Source: Dimorphilus gyrociliatus (lineage: Eukaryota; Animalia; Annelida). From it: a DNA stretch of 64,000 nucleotides. The number at the start of each line of letters is the position of its first letter. Position 1 is the stretch's first letter. Shown in pieces: positions 27,064 through 39,867 of the stretch. The translations under genes were made by a program, and so were the position numbers. The stretch is taken from the NCBI GenBank assembly GCA_904063045.1, contig CAJFCJ010000001.1, positions 1,674,001 through 1,738,000 on the forward strand, given 5' to 3'. Below the pieces are notes generated by a model. That model saw only the letters and a program-made list of their open reading frames with translations. It had not been told where the DNA came from and did no database searches.

Positions 27064-28888
27064 ATGGATAATGATGAATCGGACATAACTTTAGAATTTT
27101 CCTCAAATTTTTTAAGCGAAAGAGTATTGTCATGTTCCGAACTTGGTATTTATAGTCTAGGAACGGAAAGTAGTCTATATGTTCTAGTAAGTCTTTTAAA
27201 TTGTTTGAGCGATAAAAACGGCATGTAGCCATTTCAGGTGCCTCTTCTCGCCGAATCATTAAGCACAGACAAAAAAGTACGCTTTAGAATTGACTCTTTC
27301 AAGCATAATGATGGAATTATTAAAACAATCTGGTGTAAAACATACGTAATTATTTTAACAACCAAATATACGATTGAATATTTGCGTTATGGTGATGGAG
27401 CGAAAAAATTTGAAGATTTCGAAATTAAGAATAAAAGTGATGTTGAATTGAATAATATAGTCGGTTAGTATGTGCAACCCTTTAAAATTTGATATTGCTA
27501 AAAGTATCAAATCAAGAGAAACGATGAAGAATAAAATCACCGCAAACAATAAATCAAAGGCACAATACAAAAAAAAAGCGTTATTCAATCTTGTAAAAAC
27601 TTGTAAGATATAACAGTTTAAGGAGTAACGCTTTTCGTGAGAAAGATATTTACATACAACGACGCTTCAAAACTAATATATATATACAAGCAAAAATGGT
27701 TTTCACTTTAGATATATGCTGCATCGACGCCGTACAACATTTTGGTATTTTGCACGAAAATGGCATCGTAAGTGAATGGCGACTGAAAGGAAAAGAATTT
27801 TGCTTCGAAAAGTCTAATCGAGTTCCATACACAGGCTCCCTCTTATGTTGCGATTCGGACTTTTTTGTAGCATCGTCGGATGGTAGAGTTTGTCAAGTTG
27901 GAGGATGTGAAATTTACGACAAGCAAGATTCCATTCCTGTACAGCAAATAATTTCGGATAACTCGAACGGTTATTGGATTAGTAAGCAGCTTATAGTCGC
28001 CAGATGCCACGAACAGACAATCGTTGAACAGGCGCTAATTCCAACCGCCTTTCCTCCTCTATCTCTCTTCTTAAACGGCTCAAAACTGGGTTGCGTAACC
28101 CGCAATGCCCGTGTCCTCTTTTACGAAAACGGTGATTGGAGTGAACGAGTATTGAAAGGAAATGCAGTTTCTGGTGAATGGCAGTGTCGCGGCGTTCATG
28201 TGTCATCTTTAAAAGCCGTTCTAGCCTTGGCATTAACTCCGGCTCGAACGTACTGTCATTTATCCAATCGGACGCCTTTTGTCGTAAGGATATTAGCTCT
28301 TGAAAAGCCTACTTCTCTAAGTTTCGGCCCTGATATCCTCCTCTACATGAAAATGACGGCAAACAAGTTGGACCATAATGAAGATGCTAGGATTAAGAGA
28401 TTCTACGATATATTTACGAGTCTGCAGAAAGGTCAACACGTCGGCGATTGGCAACATTTCGACAAAAACTTACAAGTAGACCGCATTATGGAAAAAGCTA
28501 CCAACGGTTCAGTGGTCCGCGCTCACAGGCGATTTTTGCGAAAATTTTTCCCGAAGGCATTGCCGAATACGGTTGACCTCGAAGAAGAAGAATGCTTGGT
28601 CTGTTCGAATCGTATCCTTTTTCTACTTTTTTTTCCCAATTTTTATTTCCGTTACAAGTGCACACTCCATAAAAGTGGTCGTAATTCGATCCTTAATTCT
28701 TGACAGCCGTGCCGTTCGACGACCTCCGGTGGGCAGAATGTTCGAACGGACACCGACTTTACAGATGCCAAAATTCGTTACTTTCTATCCCGACTCCCCT
28801 TTTCTGGTGCTGTCTATGCCAGGCGATGTACGACGGGAATACTTCTGAATGCGTCTACTGCAACGTCGAACTTTTAAGAAAGTTTTAG
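27064..28888 (+). CDS. GTF3C4: TFIIIC subunit 4 (TFIIIC90)-like; exons 27064-27186, 27238-27345, 27461-27602, 27691-28611, 28707-28888
   Basis: All phases are consistent. The C-terminal Cys-rich region CLVCSNPVPFDDLRWAECSNGHRLYRC...CCLC...CVYC matches the TFIIIC90 zinc-finger pattern (CSNGH); the N-terminal part looks beta-propeller-like. Confidence 0.78.
28612..28706 (+). other. U12-type (minor spliceosome) GT-AG intron
   Basis: 5' site GTATCCTTT; branch site TCCTTAAT at 28690-28697, about 10 nt before the AG; removal restores the frame (C|CC = Pro). Confidence 0.85.
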
Positions 28889-30165
28889 CAACGTTCCGAC
28901 CTCGTTTTATTTAAAATTTTCTCACACGGCACAACATTTACACCGCAAGTGACTAGCCATTTGAGATTCTCTGAACAGTTGACATGATAATCTTGATTGT
29001 TCGAAACATTTCTCGAAACGACCTTGATGGTCAAGTTTCCCCAATTTATTTTAGAAGAGAAGATGTCTCGAGGAATCTTACCATCATAAGTTCGATTCAT
29101 CTTTTTCTTTCTTGATTTGAGTTTGATTTTTAAGTATTTCAAAACTTCGATTCCCGTAAACATTTTATTATTTAACGATTGCCCTCTACGAAGTTGCAAT
29201 TCAATACTTATCAAGCGCTCGAACCAGTTAAAGATTGGCACTGTTGAATTTCTAACTTTGGTCAAATCGACGTAAACAAATTTTAGTGTCTTCCTTATAA
29301 AAAAGAAGGGGTTAATTTCGATTATTCTAATTGGATTATTAAATAACTTTAACATTTCGAGTTTAGACAATCCGGCAAAGTTTAGGCGTTGCAACTCCTT
29401 CAAGCGGTTTTGATTCAAATTTAGCATTTCTAATTTGTGCAGCGATTGAAATTGATTATGTAGAAGACTTTTGAACCGATTCCCTCTAAAACTAAGAAAT
29501 CGTAAGTTAGGGACATGCTGGAAGACTTCCTTTCTTATTGAGGAGAGTTTATTCCACTCCAAAAGTAGTTCTGTTAAATTATTTAATCCTTGGAATGTTC
29601 TTCGATGAATTCGTCGTATACTATTACCAGAGAGATTGAGACTACTTAGGTGCTGAAGCTTATAGAACGATTTTTTCGGCAAGAGTCGAAGTTCAGAGTT
29701 CCTCGTAATCTCTAAAACTCGGACAGACCTCAAACTATTAATAGCTTGGCGCGGAAATTTTACTATTTTCGTATTTTTAATGGCTAATATTTCGGTCGAA
29801 TTAGCAAAAGATATAAACGAACGTGGCGGTATAGTTTTTAGTTTCCGCTTATCCTTAATTGTCACCTTTCTCGCCCGCAAATTAAGTGAAGATATTCTTT
29901 TCCAACCTTTTTTTCCGCTTCGTATTTCGAGCTTTGTAACGAAATAGAAGTCATTCGGCAGCAGGCAATCGGTAATCGTTTCATTCTTATTGGCAATGCA
30001 GATGACTTTGATAGAGGTGATTCTGGATGAGGAGTTGGGAGAATTGTCGGGTTTGCAGTGGCAGTATTCACAATTTTTGCAGATAGAATCGTGGGCGAAG
30101 ATGTGAGATGGAAGGACGGCGAATAGGAGGAGAATTGCAACTAGCACCGAGCGGCCATTAAGCAT
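28885..30165 (-). CDS. Secreted leucine-rich repeat protein, intronless, 426 aa
   Basis: Signal peptide, Cys-rich N-cap (CKNCEYCHC), repeated LxxLxLxxNxI/L units, no TM helix. Confidence 0.88.
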   Translation of the reverse strand: MLNGRSVLVAILLLFAVLPSHIFAHDSICKNCEYCHCKPDNSPNSSSRITSIKVICIANKNETITDCLLPNDFYFVTKLEIRSGKKGWKRISSLNLRARKVTIKDKRKLKTIPPRSFISFANSTEILAIKNTKIVKFPRQAINSLRSVRVLEITRNSELRLLPKKSFYKLQHLSSLNLSGNSIRRIHRRTFQGLNNLTELLLEWNKLSSIRKEVFQHVPNLRFLSFRGNRFKSLLHNQFQSLHKLEMLNLNQNRLKELQRLNFAGLSKLEMLKLFNNPIRIIEINPFFFIRKTLKFVYVDLTKVRNSTVPIFNWFERLISIELQLRRGQSLNNKMFTGIEVLKYLKIKLKSRKKKMNRTYDGKIPRDIFSSKINWGNLTIKVVSRNVSNNQDYHVNCSENLKWLVTCGVNVVPCEKILNKTRSERC

Positions 30166-31304
30166 GTCTTCATGGCTAGTAGAATAGCATCAGTCGCGCG
30201 TCGTCTTCTTTCTTTCTAGTTTACTTCAACAACGGTTACAGTATAAATTTTAACTTTGGCTGTTACTGCTGCTGCTGCTTTGGTTTATCTGATGGTGTGC
30301 TCTCGGACGTAACCTTGTTATAAACGGATATATCTCTTCACGAACGCGCCGTTTAGTTCGTTCTGCTACGATTTCGAATCTTGGCAAACCTATTAGGCTG
30401 TGTAGAGCGGGGAGCTGGTTTGGCGCCGGAACGGTTTGTAATGTTTTTTCAATGTTTGCGGCTGCGCCAACTTATAGCATCTGTCTGCCTGAGAATAGTT
30501 GTATTAATCCTGGCTGGAAATGTTCGACAGCAAAAATAACGAGTGCGTTCTATATATAAATATGTATAGATAAAAATATACACAATGTACATGTACATAT
30601 CTACACTAATATCTATCTATATATATGAAAATTTATGAATATGTATAAATTTATATCTACATATATTATGCTCATTTATGACAATTAGTAAAGATATCCA
30701 TTATACCGGAAAAAAATTATATGTCTATATGCGTCAGTGTTGTAGTTTAATTAATTAAGATAGGACGAAGTAAACTCTTGCTCACTCTTTATTGCTATAC
30801 TGCGTAGGCGGTTTCCAGCTTGTGACAATATTTGGTTGGAGATAAATACCCGGCTACGTTAGATTGAAAGGCAATTAATCACGAAATAATCTAAGCGTGG
30901 TCGGAAAAGGTTAAAAGCCACTTTTTTTTTTAGGACGGCGCCGCTGCTAGTGTATAGTAAACACATCATAATACGTTTTAGATGGTTTTGTTTGAAAGCT
31001 GTATAAGATTTAACGGCCAACACATGGTGTTTTGTTTATGTACGGCGCGCGCGCAACTCGCGCCTTTCTTCTCTTCTTCTCCTGTTTTCCCCCGATACTT
31101 TTTTTTTATGTATATTCATTATTCTGAGATGTAACAGCGATAACCGTCTGCCACTCGTTTAAATTTTACGAGTCATCAACGCGATAAAGGAAAACTGTCG
31201 GTGTGTTTGCTAAGCGTTTTATTGGAGACGTTATAAAAGTTTATACGGTAGTTGAAACGAGATGAGGGAAAGCAAGGTCTTTTTCAAGCTGCTGCGCTAG
31301 TTTT

Positions 31305-31610
31305 CTAATCTATTCGCGATAACACGCTGCGGCGATTTATCATTTTGGAAGGCTTTAGTTTCTCAACGCGTGCTCCTTTTGCTACGGCGCCATCTGCTGG
31401 TCGCCCGCTGCCCCTTACGTAACTCGAACTCAACTTATCGGAACGGCAAGTCAAAACAGCTGCCTTATTTTCTTGTAATCTAACGAGACTGTTCCAGGCC
31501 ACGTTTATTTTATGGATTCGATTTAGTCTACTAATTCGTTTATTCGTTATCTGGTCGGCGCCGTTTCGACTAGACACGAATCTTCCAGGTGTCGCTATTC
31601 GAACAAGAAT
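31305..31610 (-). CDS. Possible terminal exon of a small basic protein (about 101 codons), or a 5' UTR exon of the LRR gene
   Basis: TTTCAG acceptor at about 31611 followed by one open frame; AATAAA about 80 nt after the stop. No start exon identified and no homology recognised. Confidence 0.25.
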   Translation of the reverse strand: MLVRIATPGRFVSSRNGADQITNKRISRLNRIHKINVAWNSLVRLQENKAAVLTCRSDKLSSSYVRGSGRPADGAVAKGARVEKLKPSKMINRRSVLSRID

Positions 31611-32053
31611 CTGAAATTTTTTATTGCTTCATTTAATTGCCGGAATTCTTGGCACTTTTTTTTTTCTTAACAATCCGCAAGGCCTGCGAAATTCTTAATA
31701 AAATCCGTTATCACTTTAAGTTCTCCGATGAAAGGTGGAATTTCAACGTAATTCCTTTCATTACATTTTTTTCACTTCACCGCTTTCTGAATATGTAAAA
31801 ACTCTGTTTATGTACATTAGTTATTTATATAAAAAATGTATTAAGTTTGTTTAAATATTTGTGCCAGCCAGCAATACTTTATCACACGTATTACTGTAGA
31901 TTATTCATAATCTGTTTTTCCGACGTTCGAAGATTTAAATTTCCCGCCCTCCCATTTATACAGGAAGTTGGAACATCTGGTTTTTTATCTTGATCATGCG
32001 CAGTCGTAGAAAGCAGAAGTTTAACTTCCGTTAGTAAAGAAAATAGCCGTACA

Positions 32054-32641
32054 ATGAATACCTCGACATCTGAAGATCAAACAAGGAAGAGAGTAGCCGA
32101 TAAGCCTCCTGATGGCCCACCTACAAAACGGCAAACTGTTAAAACAACAGCTGAACTAAAACAACAACTAAATCGAAGCTCGGCTGCAGTAGATTTGCCG
32201 AAATCTTCCACATCTTCAGCAGAAGGCGAATCAGAGAAAAAGGAAAAAGAGAAAAAAGAAAAGGAGAAGAGAGATAAAGAAAAAGAGCATAAAGAGAAAG
32301 AGGAAAAACGCAAAGAAGAACGGACAAAGATGCAAATTTTAGTATCCAACTTTTCAGAAAGTCAACTAAATCGCTATGAAATGTTTCGTCGAGCTAGTTT
32401 TCCAAAAGCAGCCATTCGAAGATTAATGCAAAGTTTGACAGGAACATCGATCTCACAAAACGTTTGCGTTGCAATGGCTGGAATAGCGAAATACTACGTC
32501 GGGGAAATAGTAGAATGTGCTTTAGACATTCGAGATCAATGTGAAGATTCTGGACCTTTGACTCCTTCTCATATTAGAGAAGCTGCTAGGAGGGTCCATG
32601 CCAAATCGCCTTTACGACTTAAAGGTTACCAAGGTCGATAA
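32054..32641 (+). CDS. TAF11: TFIID subunit 11, intronless
   Basis: [34 protein letters not shown] ... [11 protein letters not shown] ... [11 protein letters not shown] histone fold. Confidence 0.95.
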   Translation: MNTSTSEDQTRKRVADKPPDGPPTKRQTVKTTAELKQQLNRSSAAVDLPKSSTSSAEGESEKKEKEKKEKEKRDKEKEHKEKEEKRKEERTKMQILVSNFSESQLNRYEMFRRASFPKAAIRRLMQSLTGTSISQNVCVAMAGIAKYYVGEIVECALDIRDQCEDSGPLTPSHIREAARRVHAKSPLRLKGYQGR

Positions 32642-32807
32642 TTCTATTTTGATCTTTATTTTATAAATCAGTACTTGTATGTAATAAGATAATAAGCGAC
32701 AAATGCAGAAGGTTTCTATACAAATATTTATACATTAAATACAGCATAATTTATCATAAGAGAAGCTAATTTTTAAGCGGCGAAACGACTAACAAATTCG
32801 GTGCTGT

Positions 32808-33689
32808 TCACAAAGGAGAGTAGGACTTCAATTGCGTAAATACTGACGTAAAGAATGCCGGGTCACTGTTGATTCTGAGCATATCGGCGCTGAGTTTGTT
32901 GACAATTTGAATGCACCTCTTCCAGAATTTGTCGCGATCGTCGTCGATTAGGAATGGCTTCAGTGGGTAAGAAATCTCATTGCCCATGTAAGAATAAGAC
33001 ATATATAAGCAAGTGAGAACGATGGCCTGTAGTTCTCGTTCTGTGATGACTCTCTCGTCAATCATGTCGCGAACGAGCAGGAAGACAAAGACGACATTCG
33101 CTGGATTAACGAAAGCTACATCTTGCCAGCCTTGTAGAAGTAAGGCTCGATCAACGCCTCGTAACCAGACGATAGCATCTCCCCCGTCTAAGTGTCTCAG
33201 GTGTTTGCAGGTACGGCAGAGGAATTCTCCTAAACATCGTAAAAGTTCCGAAGTGGATGCTTGTATTACAGTCTTCTTCGGAGATGTAGGAGAGGCTAAT
33301 TCGGAGGGTGGCGGTGATGTGACGACCTTACCGAGATTCTTGTTTATGTTTTTCTCACTTGCAACCTTTTTGACGTGAACATGCTCTGTTAAGGAGGAAT
33401 TTGTTGAGGATTGTTTGAGATTGTAGCACGAGATGCTTTTAGGAGCGTTTCCAGCATTGTTGTTTTGTTCGTCTTTAATTCGGTTGTCGTTCTTGACGAA
33501 CTTAGACCTCTTCCTCCAACTCAAAGCATTTGCTATCGTCTTCTTGACGCTGCTGGCTCGTGATCCGTTGTTGTTAGTATGGATATTGTTGTTCTTTACG
33601 TTGTTCAAAAGCTCATAATTAAAGTTATTCAAATTTAACTCATTAAGCGGCTTTCCGGATCTTGGAGAGAGCGAGAGAATAGCACCCAT
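32808..33689 (-). CDS. CDK5R1: CDK5 activator p35, intronless
   Basis: MGAILSLSP; [17 protein letters not shown]; [16 protein letters not shown]; [18 protein letters not shown]. Confidence 0.96.
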   Translation of the reverse strand: MGAILSLSPRSGKPLNELNLNNFNYELLNNVKNNNIHTNNNGSRASSVKKTIANALSWRKRSKFVKNDNRIKDEQNNNAGNAPKSISCYNLKQSSTNSSLTEHVHVKKVASEKNINKNLGKVVTSPPPSELASPTSPKKTVIQASTSELLRCLGEFLCRTCKHLRHLDGGDAIVWLRGVDRALLLQGWQDVAFVNPANVVFVFLLVRDMIDERVITERELQAIVLTCLYMSYSYMGNEISYPLKPFLIDDDRDKFWKRCIQIVNKLSADMLRINSDPAFFTSVFTQLKSYSPL

Positions 33690-34278
33690 CTCCTTGAATC
33701 CAACCGATTAGTAGGCCATTGCAGGAGAAAACATGGCAGGCCTGAATTTATGCTAATAATATGCACTGTCATATCGTCATGGAAACGCCTGAGAGACGTC
33801 CAATAGACATCAAGTAACCGCGCCAATCAATAGTGAAAATGGTAAATGGCCTGCGTTTCGCAGCGTTCATTGATGTCTATCTTCTGGTCTCTAGGCCTGC
33901 AGTTCCTAATGATTAAGTTTGCATATGTAATTTATCATCAGTAAAGGCGTCGAACTCACACTTTATGATTGCTCCTTCTTAGGCTTATATTATGATGTTA
34001 CACCCGTAAAGACGCTTTATAAACATTCATTTTAACCGCAAATGAAAACGAGTGACTCAGTAACTTTATATGAAAACGTAATGAACCGGAATTCATAGTT
34101 TCTATTACGACGCCTATTCAATGAACCAAATTTATAAAATCATCGCCACTTTCAAAATAAAACCATTTTGATGAATCCGCAGATTTAACGCTTTTTATTA
34201 TAAAAGACGCTTGTTACAAAAACGTGTTCTTAAAAAAATGCAGAGACCGGTTTACATAAAAGTATCCAAATTACATTT

Positions 34279-37200
34279 CTATACGCCGCTCCCTCTCAAT
34301 TTATCAAAAGATTTCATCCAATCTTGATCCGTTTGAGCAAAATAGATACTTCTGAAATTGTGTTGAAAAAAGAAAGAATTTGCATTAGACACGATATCTT
34401 ACGCCTGGGCATTAATCTATATATAATTTACTTGGTTAATTGTAGGTTCCTGTGAGCCTTTTCAAATAAATCAGCCTTTTCTCGGGCTCGTTTGATGACC
34501 TAGAGCAAGAGTTGATAGATGAATATACGACTGTCAAATGGTTATTAGTTTATGTTATTACAACCTCAGCAGGAAGATCAGCTAATTTTGCGGCATTAAA
34601 GCCATGGCTCTTTGGGCATGCACCCTCAGTAAATTGATACAGAAATGTCACGGATTCCTCCTCCACTTCACCATCTGGAGAATCGTTTTCAACCATGCAA
34701 GCCTACAACAAAGCAAATTAGTTTATATAATAAAAAAAAGTTTTAGATTTAGTATAGTATACCATATGCCCAAACCCAATATTATTATCAGCTGCATGGT
34801 GTTCAGCTAATGAATGATAATGAGTAGAAAATAAAGTTCTGCAGCGCGTAAATCGTGATAGTTCATTCGCTACAGCGCTAGCTATAGCAGTTCCATCATA
34901 TGTAGCCGTTCCTCTTCCGAGTTCGTCAATAAGCACTAGAGAATGTTGAGTAGCATGATGCATTATCGCTGACGTTTCGCTCATTTCAACAAAGAATGTA
35001 CTCTCGCCTAAACAATTTAAAAATAATAAAACAGTTTATTAACCGAGAATGATAATATTATTTTATGCTCTAACCGGCCATAATTTTATCCGAGGCACCT
35101 AGCCTAGTAAACAAACGGTCTACAGGAGTAAGAACACATCGTTCAGCTGGTACGTAAGATCCCTTTTTAAAGTGAAATGTTTTATTATTATTCGAAGAAA
35201 TGTAACCAAAAATTCCTAATTACAAACCAGCTGTGCCAGAACGGTAATTAGCCCAACTTGACGCATTAAAGTACTCTTTCCACCCATATTTGGACCAGTT
35301 ACCATAATAAGACTAGCGTCCTTAATTCCAGTCTTTTGCTCATAATCAGACAGCGAATCTGGAAGTTTTCCAATAACAGTGTCATTTGGAATGAAATCAG
35401 AACCACTGTAAGTCTTAGAAATGCATGGATGTCTTCCTTGTGAAATATATAAAAACGGCTGCAAAAATATGTCCGTTAGTAGGTTTATTTTCAAGTGTTT
35501 TTCATGTTAAAATATATCTACTTCGATTCCTTTGTCAGGTAGCTTAAATTCAGGACGACAGACATTATTTTCGAAGGATAAGCTGAATTTAGCTAAACTC
35601 ATCAAAATATCTAATACTGCTACGCACTGTGTCGATTTGTCCCATAAGTGGAAGCTATAAAAAAGACACTTTTATAAATTTCTGTTTAGATAACAGAAAA
35701 CAGACTTCGCTGAGAATTGATGGAAAACTTTTCTTGTCGAGTCCTTCAATCTCGTATCTCTATATTCTTCAGCTTTCGTCAGTTTGGCAATAAGATCTTC
35801 AAGTTCTTCCGTTCTGATAGAATTAATCTTAAATAAATCGATTGTCACAAAATAAATAAATATTTGTCACCTGTATCTCTTAAATCCTTTTCTGGAAGAT
35901 ATTAAAGAGTAGCTGCTTGGAACTTTAATCTTTTCGGGTATTTCAACTTGATATCGGTTTTTTCCAGATCCAAAGTAGCATATTGCCTAAAAAAAATTGA
36001 AAATATCATTCGATTTGGCAGACACAATTAAAAAATATTAGGCTTACTGAGGAGCCAAATTTCTTCTTTTGGGCACTCAGAAAATCTTCTAACTGTTGTT
36101 CGAGGTCATCAATATTTTCAATAGCCTCGTCATACTCGATATCTGTGCCTTTGTTCGGTTTAATTGTTCCTGTTCTTTTAGCCTCTGCTTGGTTGAAGGC
36201 GCACTATCATATTTGACATAATTATTAAATATAGATAACGAAAACTGTAAAATAATACTTGAAAGAAGTCTAATTGATCGCTATAGTCAGGAAAATTCCC
36301 ACCGTCCTCGGTAAATGAAACACATTTTCTAAGCAGCTGAGATTTAAATTGTCCCCCACTTCTAGATACTGAGCTTATAATATTTAAGCAGCTTGTAAAT
36401 CCTTTTAATATCAATAAAAAATCTTCAATTTGGCGTTTGCTATAAACGTTAGAATCAAACAGTATAGCTCTACTATCGGGATGGTTTTGACTTCTTAAAT
36501 TTGATCCTAGTGAGTGAACCCTATAAGTTTGAAGGAGATATGCATAATTAATCGACTTTAATTAAAACCAAGAAGAAATATATCTAGAACAGCAACCTAC
36601 TTTTTAAGAAGTCTCGGTAAATCAGGTAATAACTTTATTTCTTTGCCAATTTTCTCAAAAATGTCTGCATGATTTCGTATATCATCAATCGCGTCTAATC
36701 TCTCGTTTATTGCACTTGGATTTATGAGAGGTGAGCAAATCCATTGACATAACAATCTCCTTCCTGAAAAAATCAGTATTGTAAAATTATTTAAATAAGT
36801 TATTCCGATTGGTAATACCAAAGGCTGTGTTACAAAAGTTTATCTTTTCCAGCAAAGTGCCCTGATTAGTTCCTGCATTATTACATAAGATTTCCAAATT
36901 GTTTAGCGAAACCCCATCAATAATCATTTTACGCTGATTACTAGTTAAGTCACAGGTGTTATCTTGTTGATTTTTTACTTCAGGGGGTGTGTATATTGTA
37001 ACATTTCCTAATGAAAGTATTTCAGCATCTATTAAGCAACGCTTAAAATACCAAACAATTGCACCGAGAGACTTTATAGCAAGCTGGTATTCACGTTTGG
37101 CTGTTAATCCCAAGACATCTCCTTCGGCCAGCATTTCTTTTAATCCTTCAGGCCACCTGAGAATAAAGTTATGAAAATTAGATGAAATGCATTGGTTTTA

Positions 37201-39856
37201 TAAGAATTGTCTATTACTTATCTAATGAATCTGACTCCCCGTCAGAAAAATACTTTTCTTCTTTGAGAACTTTTAAACATTTGTCGCTTTCAAGAAATTC
37301 ACTTTTGGGCTTAAGGTTTTCTTGTAGAATATGAGATAATTGTGACGAAACTATTTGTTGCGTTTTTTCGCTTGTGTGTCCTTTCTCAATAAGTATCTAA
37401 CAAACAAAATAAGAATGTAAAGTTTATTTTTTGGGTATTTCTAATAGTTTATAAAGTTAGTACTTGTGTAGGAGGAAAATGAGCAATTAAGGTTTGGAAT
37501 TTCGAACGATGTCTGTCATCATTGAATTCACCGATCTAAATATACAAAATGTAAATGTAAAAAAATTATTTGACGATATTGAGGTTTCTGTTATTACGTG
37601 TATCTCCCCAATCGTAGTATCAACAAAACAAACACCGTATCTTGTTTCTGAACCAGTAGAATTTTCCTGAAACGCAATAAATTGTAAACTAAAACGGAAA
37701 TGCGTATCTGCAATAACTAACAATTTCGCAAAAGGCTAACAAGTACGAATTGCTTTCAGCTGTGGAATCACCATCTATAAATGAACAAATACGCGTCCCT
37801 TTTGAAGTTATTCTGCAAAGTTCCCTTCTAACAACCTGTAGTGAGATAATGTGCACAAATTGATGATACAGATTTTATACGGTCACCTTGTCGCATTTAG
37901 ACATTTTGCTTAATCGCTTCTGCATCATTTCAGGGGTTTCTGTTTGTTCAATTCTGGCTACTTTATACCCTTTTTCAATAAGGGCATCTGCATGTCTGGA
38001 AAAAGCACTTTCCGGGAAACCAGCATGAGCGTAATCTCCCTACCATAAAAACAAAACACTAGTAGTTAGGTTAAAATGATTGTGATGTTTCTACCTTCAT
38101 CATTATAAGATTCATTTCTTTTATAGCTAGAACAGCATCCATATGAAACATTTCATAAAATTTTCCCATCTGTGCATATACCACGTCAGTAAATAATTAA
38201 TAATGAAATAAATTGGTTTTTATTTACCTTAAATAAGAGAATAACATCGAGATGATTTGATTTAAATTGCCACCACTGTCGCATAGCCTGTATTGAGTTA
38301 ATATGCATAAAAAACACAAGAATAATTATTATATAATTTCCCACCGGAGTTTGCTTGTCAAGAAACGCTTTCGGGACATGTAGTGTTTTCGGATCATAAT
38401 CAGGATGAGATTTAGGTCGTCCTTCAATATCCCTTTATGAATAATGACATTAACATTCCTTTACAGAATTTATAAATGACCAAATTACTTACTTAATTTT
38501 ATCTTCATGCAGGAATTCAAAGGTTAAATGTTTGTATGAACCAGGAGCAGATGACGCCTCTGTCGATTTTGCCTTTACAGTGAATGCCTCCAGTTTCTTC
38601 TCCGTTTTGTTGGATATCGTTAAACTTGTATCTAATGACAGTCTTTTTCTTGCTGGCTGGAAAGATTGCGTTGTGCTTTTTCTCTTCTATAGAAAAAAAC
38701 AAACTTCAGCCCTTGCAAGCAAAAAAGATATTTTAAGAGAGTACCTTTCCCTTTTTTGGCGGACTTTCAACAATATCCATAATTTCCTCTTCTATACTAG
38801 CGTCTTTTTCTTCTAAAATTTCTTCTTCTACCTCTTCTTCTGGAATATCCTCATCAGATGAGGATTCATCAGGTTCAAACTCGTCTTCCGAGACATCAAT
38901 ATCTTCTGCTTCTGAATCCGATTCAATATAATTCTTTTTTCGTTTTTTTCTACGTCCACTTTTAGGAATATCCTCATCATTCACGTCCATTTCGTTATCG
39001 TCATTTTTTTTCTAAAAAATATAAATAAAATCGTCGTTGATTATTGTAATATGCAAAAAAAGACTATACTCAACCAAATCTCCTTTCTCGTTTTTGTTTG
39101 TATCTAACTTTATAGCTAGGATAAAATCGAATCAGAGCAATTTAAAATTATCGGTTAAATATTACATCTTACCATCATCCTCATCATCAGTAGACATAAA
39201 ATCAACAACTAAGCTTAATCTATCTTCAACGGTGAGCTGAAATAAATAACAGATTGTAATTGAGGTTAAGAGCATTATTTTCAACGGTTAAGATATTTAC
39301 TTTCTCCGCGTCATAAAACTGTTCCATACTTTTTTTCCATTTTGGGTCGGAAGAATAATACTTTCCTCCAATGTTCGTATCTTCTACACTAATATCGGAT
39401 TTTCTAACTATGTATCTGCGAAAATATTATTATTATAGTCTTAGTTGCTCTACGATGAAGAGAAATTTCAAGTACTTAGCCGGTATCCAAGAACGAAGAA
39501 TTGGTTCGTCGAAGAACTGTACGTGGAATTTCGCTGACTTATTCCCGCCCTTCTTGATTTTTCCAGAGGGCCCTTGGCAAACTAAGCTGGGCCACCATGG
39601 ATACGTAGCTAACTTTGTTAAAACCAAATCGCCAGCTTCTAAATTTATGTCTATTTCGCAATGACAAGAATGAAAGATTTCAACTTGGGTGATATTGAGA
39701 GAACTTACCGTAATCTTTTCCATTTTTGCCATTCTGTTTTTTTGCTGATCGAGTTTTACTCGCAGACTTATTTAATGCCGTAGGAGACTCTTTGCAGGCT
39801 GGTTCAGACTTTGCCTTAGGTGAAAAGAACGCTAAAAGCGTACCCTGCTTCGCCAT
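34279..39856 (-). CDS. MSH6: DNA mismatch repair protein MSH6 with PIP box and PWWP domain; many exons
   Basis: [11 protein letters not shown] box; YPWWP...VQFF PWWP domain; [14 protein letters not shown]; [11 protein letters not shown]; [12 protein letters not shown]; FSTHYH; CQKSHGF. Stop at 34281-34279. Confidence 0.96.
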
Positions 39857-39867
39857 TCCCGCGAAAA
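39856..39867. promoter_or_regulatory. Overlapping E2F-like sites immediately upstream of the MSH6 ATG
   Basis: TTCCCGCGAAAA (TTCCCGC on +, TTTTCGCGG on -). MSH6 is a known E2F target in mammals. Confidence 0.35.

Noticed and set aside
27005-27259. 84-aa minus ORF
   Set aside because: Antisense to GTF3C4 exons 1-2, which splice cleanly on the plus strand.
33013-33378. 121-aa plus ORF, and similar ORFs at 13016, 32077, 53278 and 53580
   Set aside because: Shadow frames inside well-supported CDSs.
33635-33826. Overlapping upstream ORF at the CDK5R1 start
   Set aside because: Start site and 5' splicing unknown; it may lie outside the mature mRNA.
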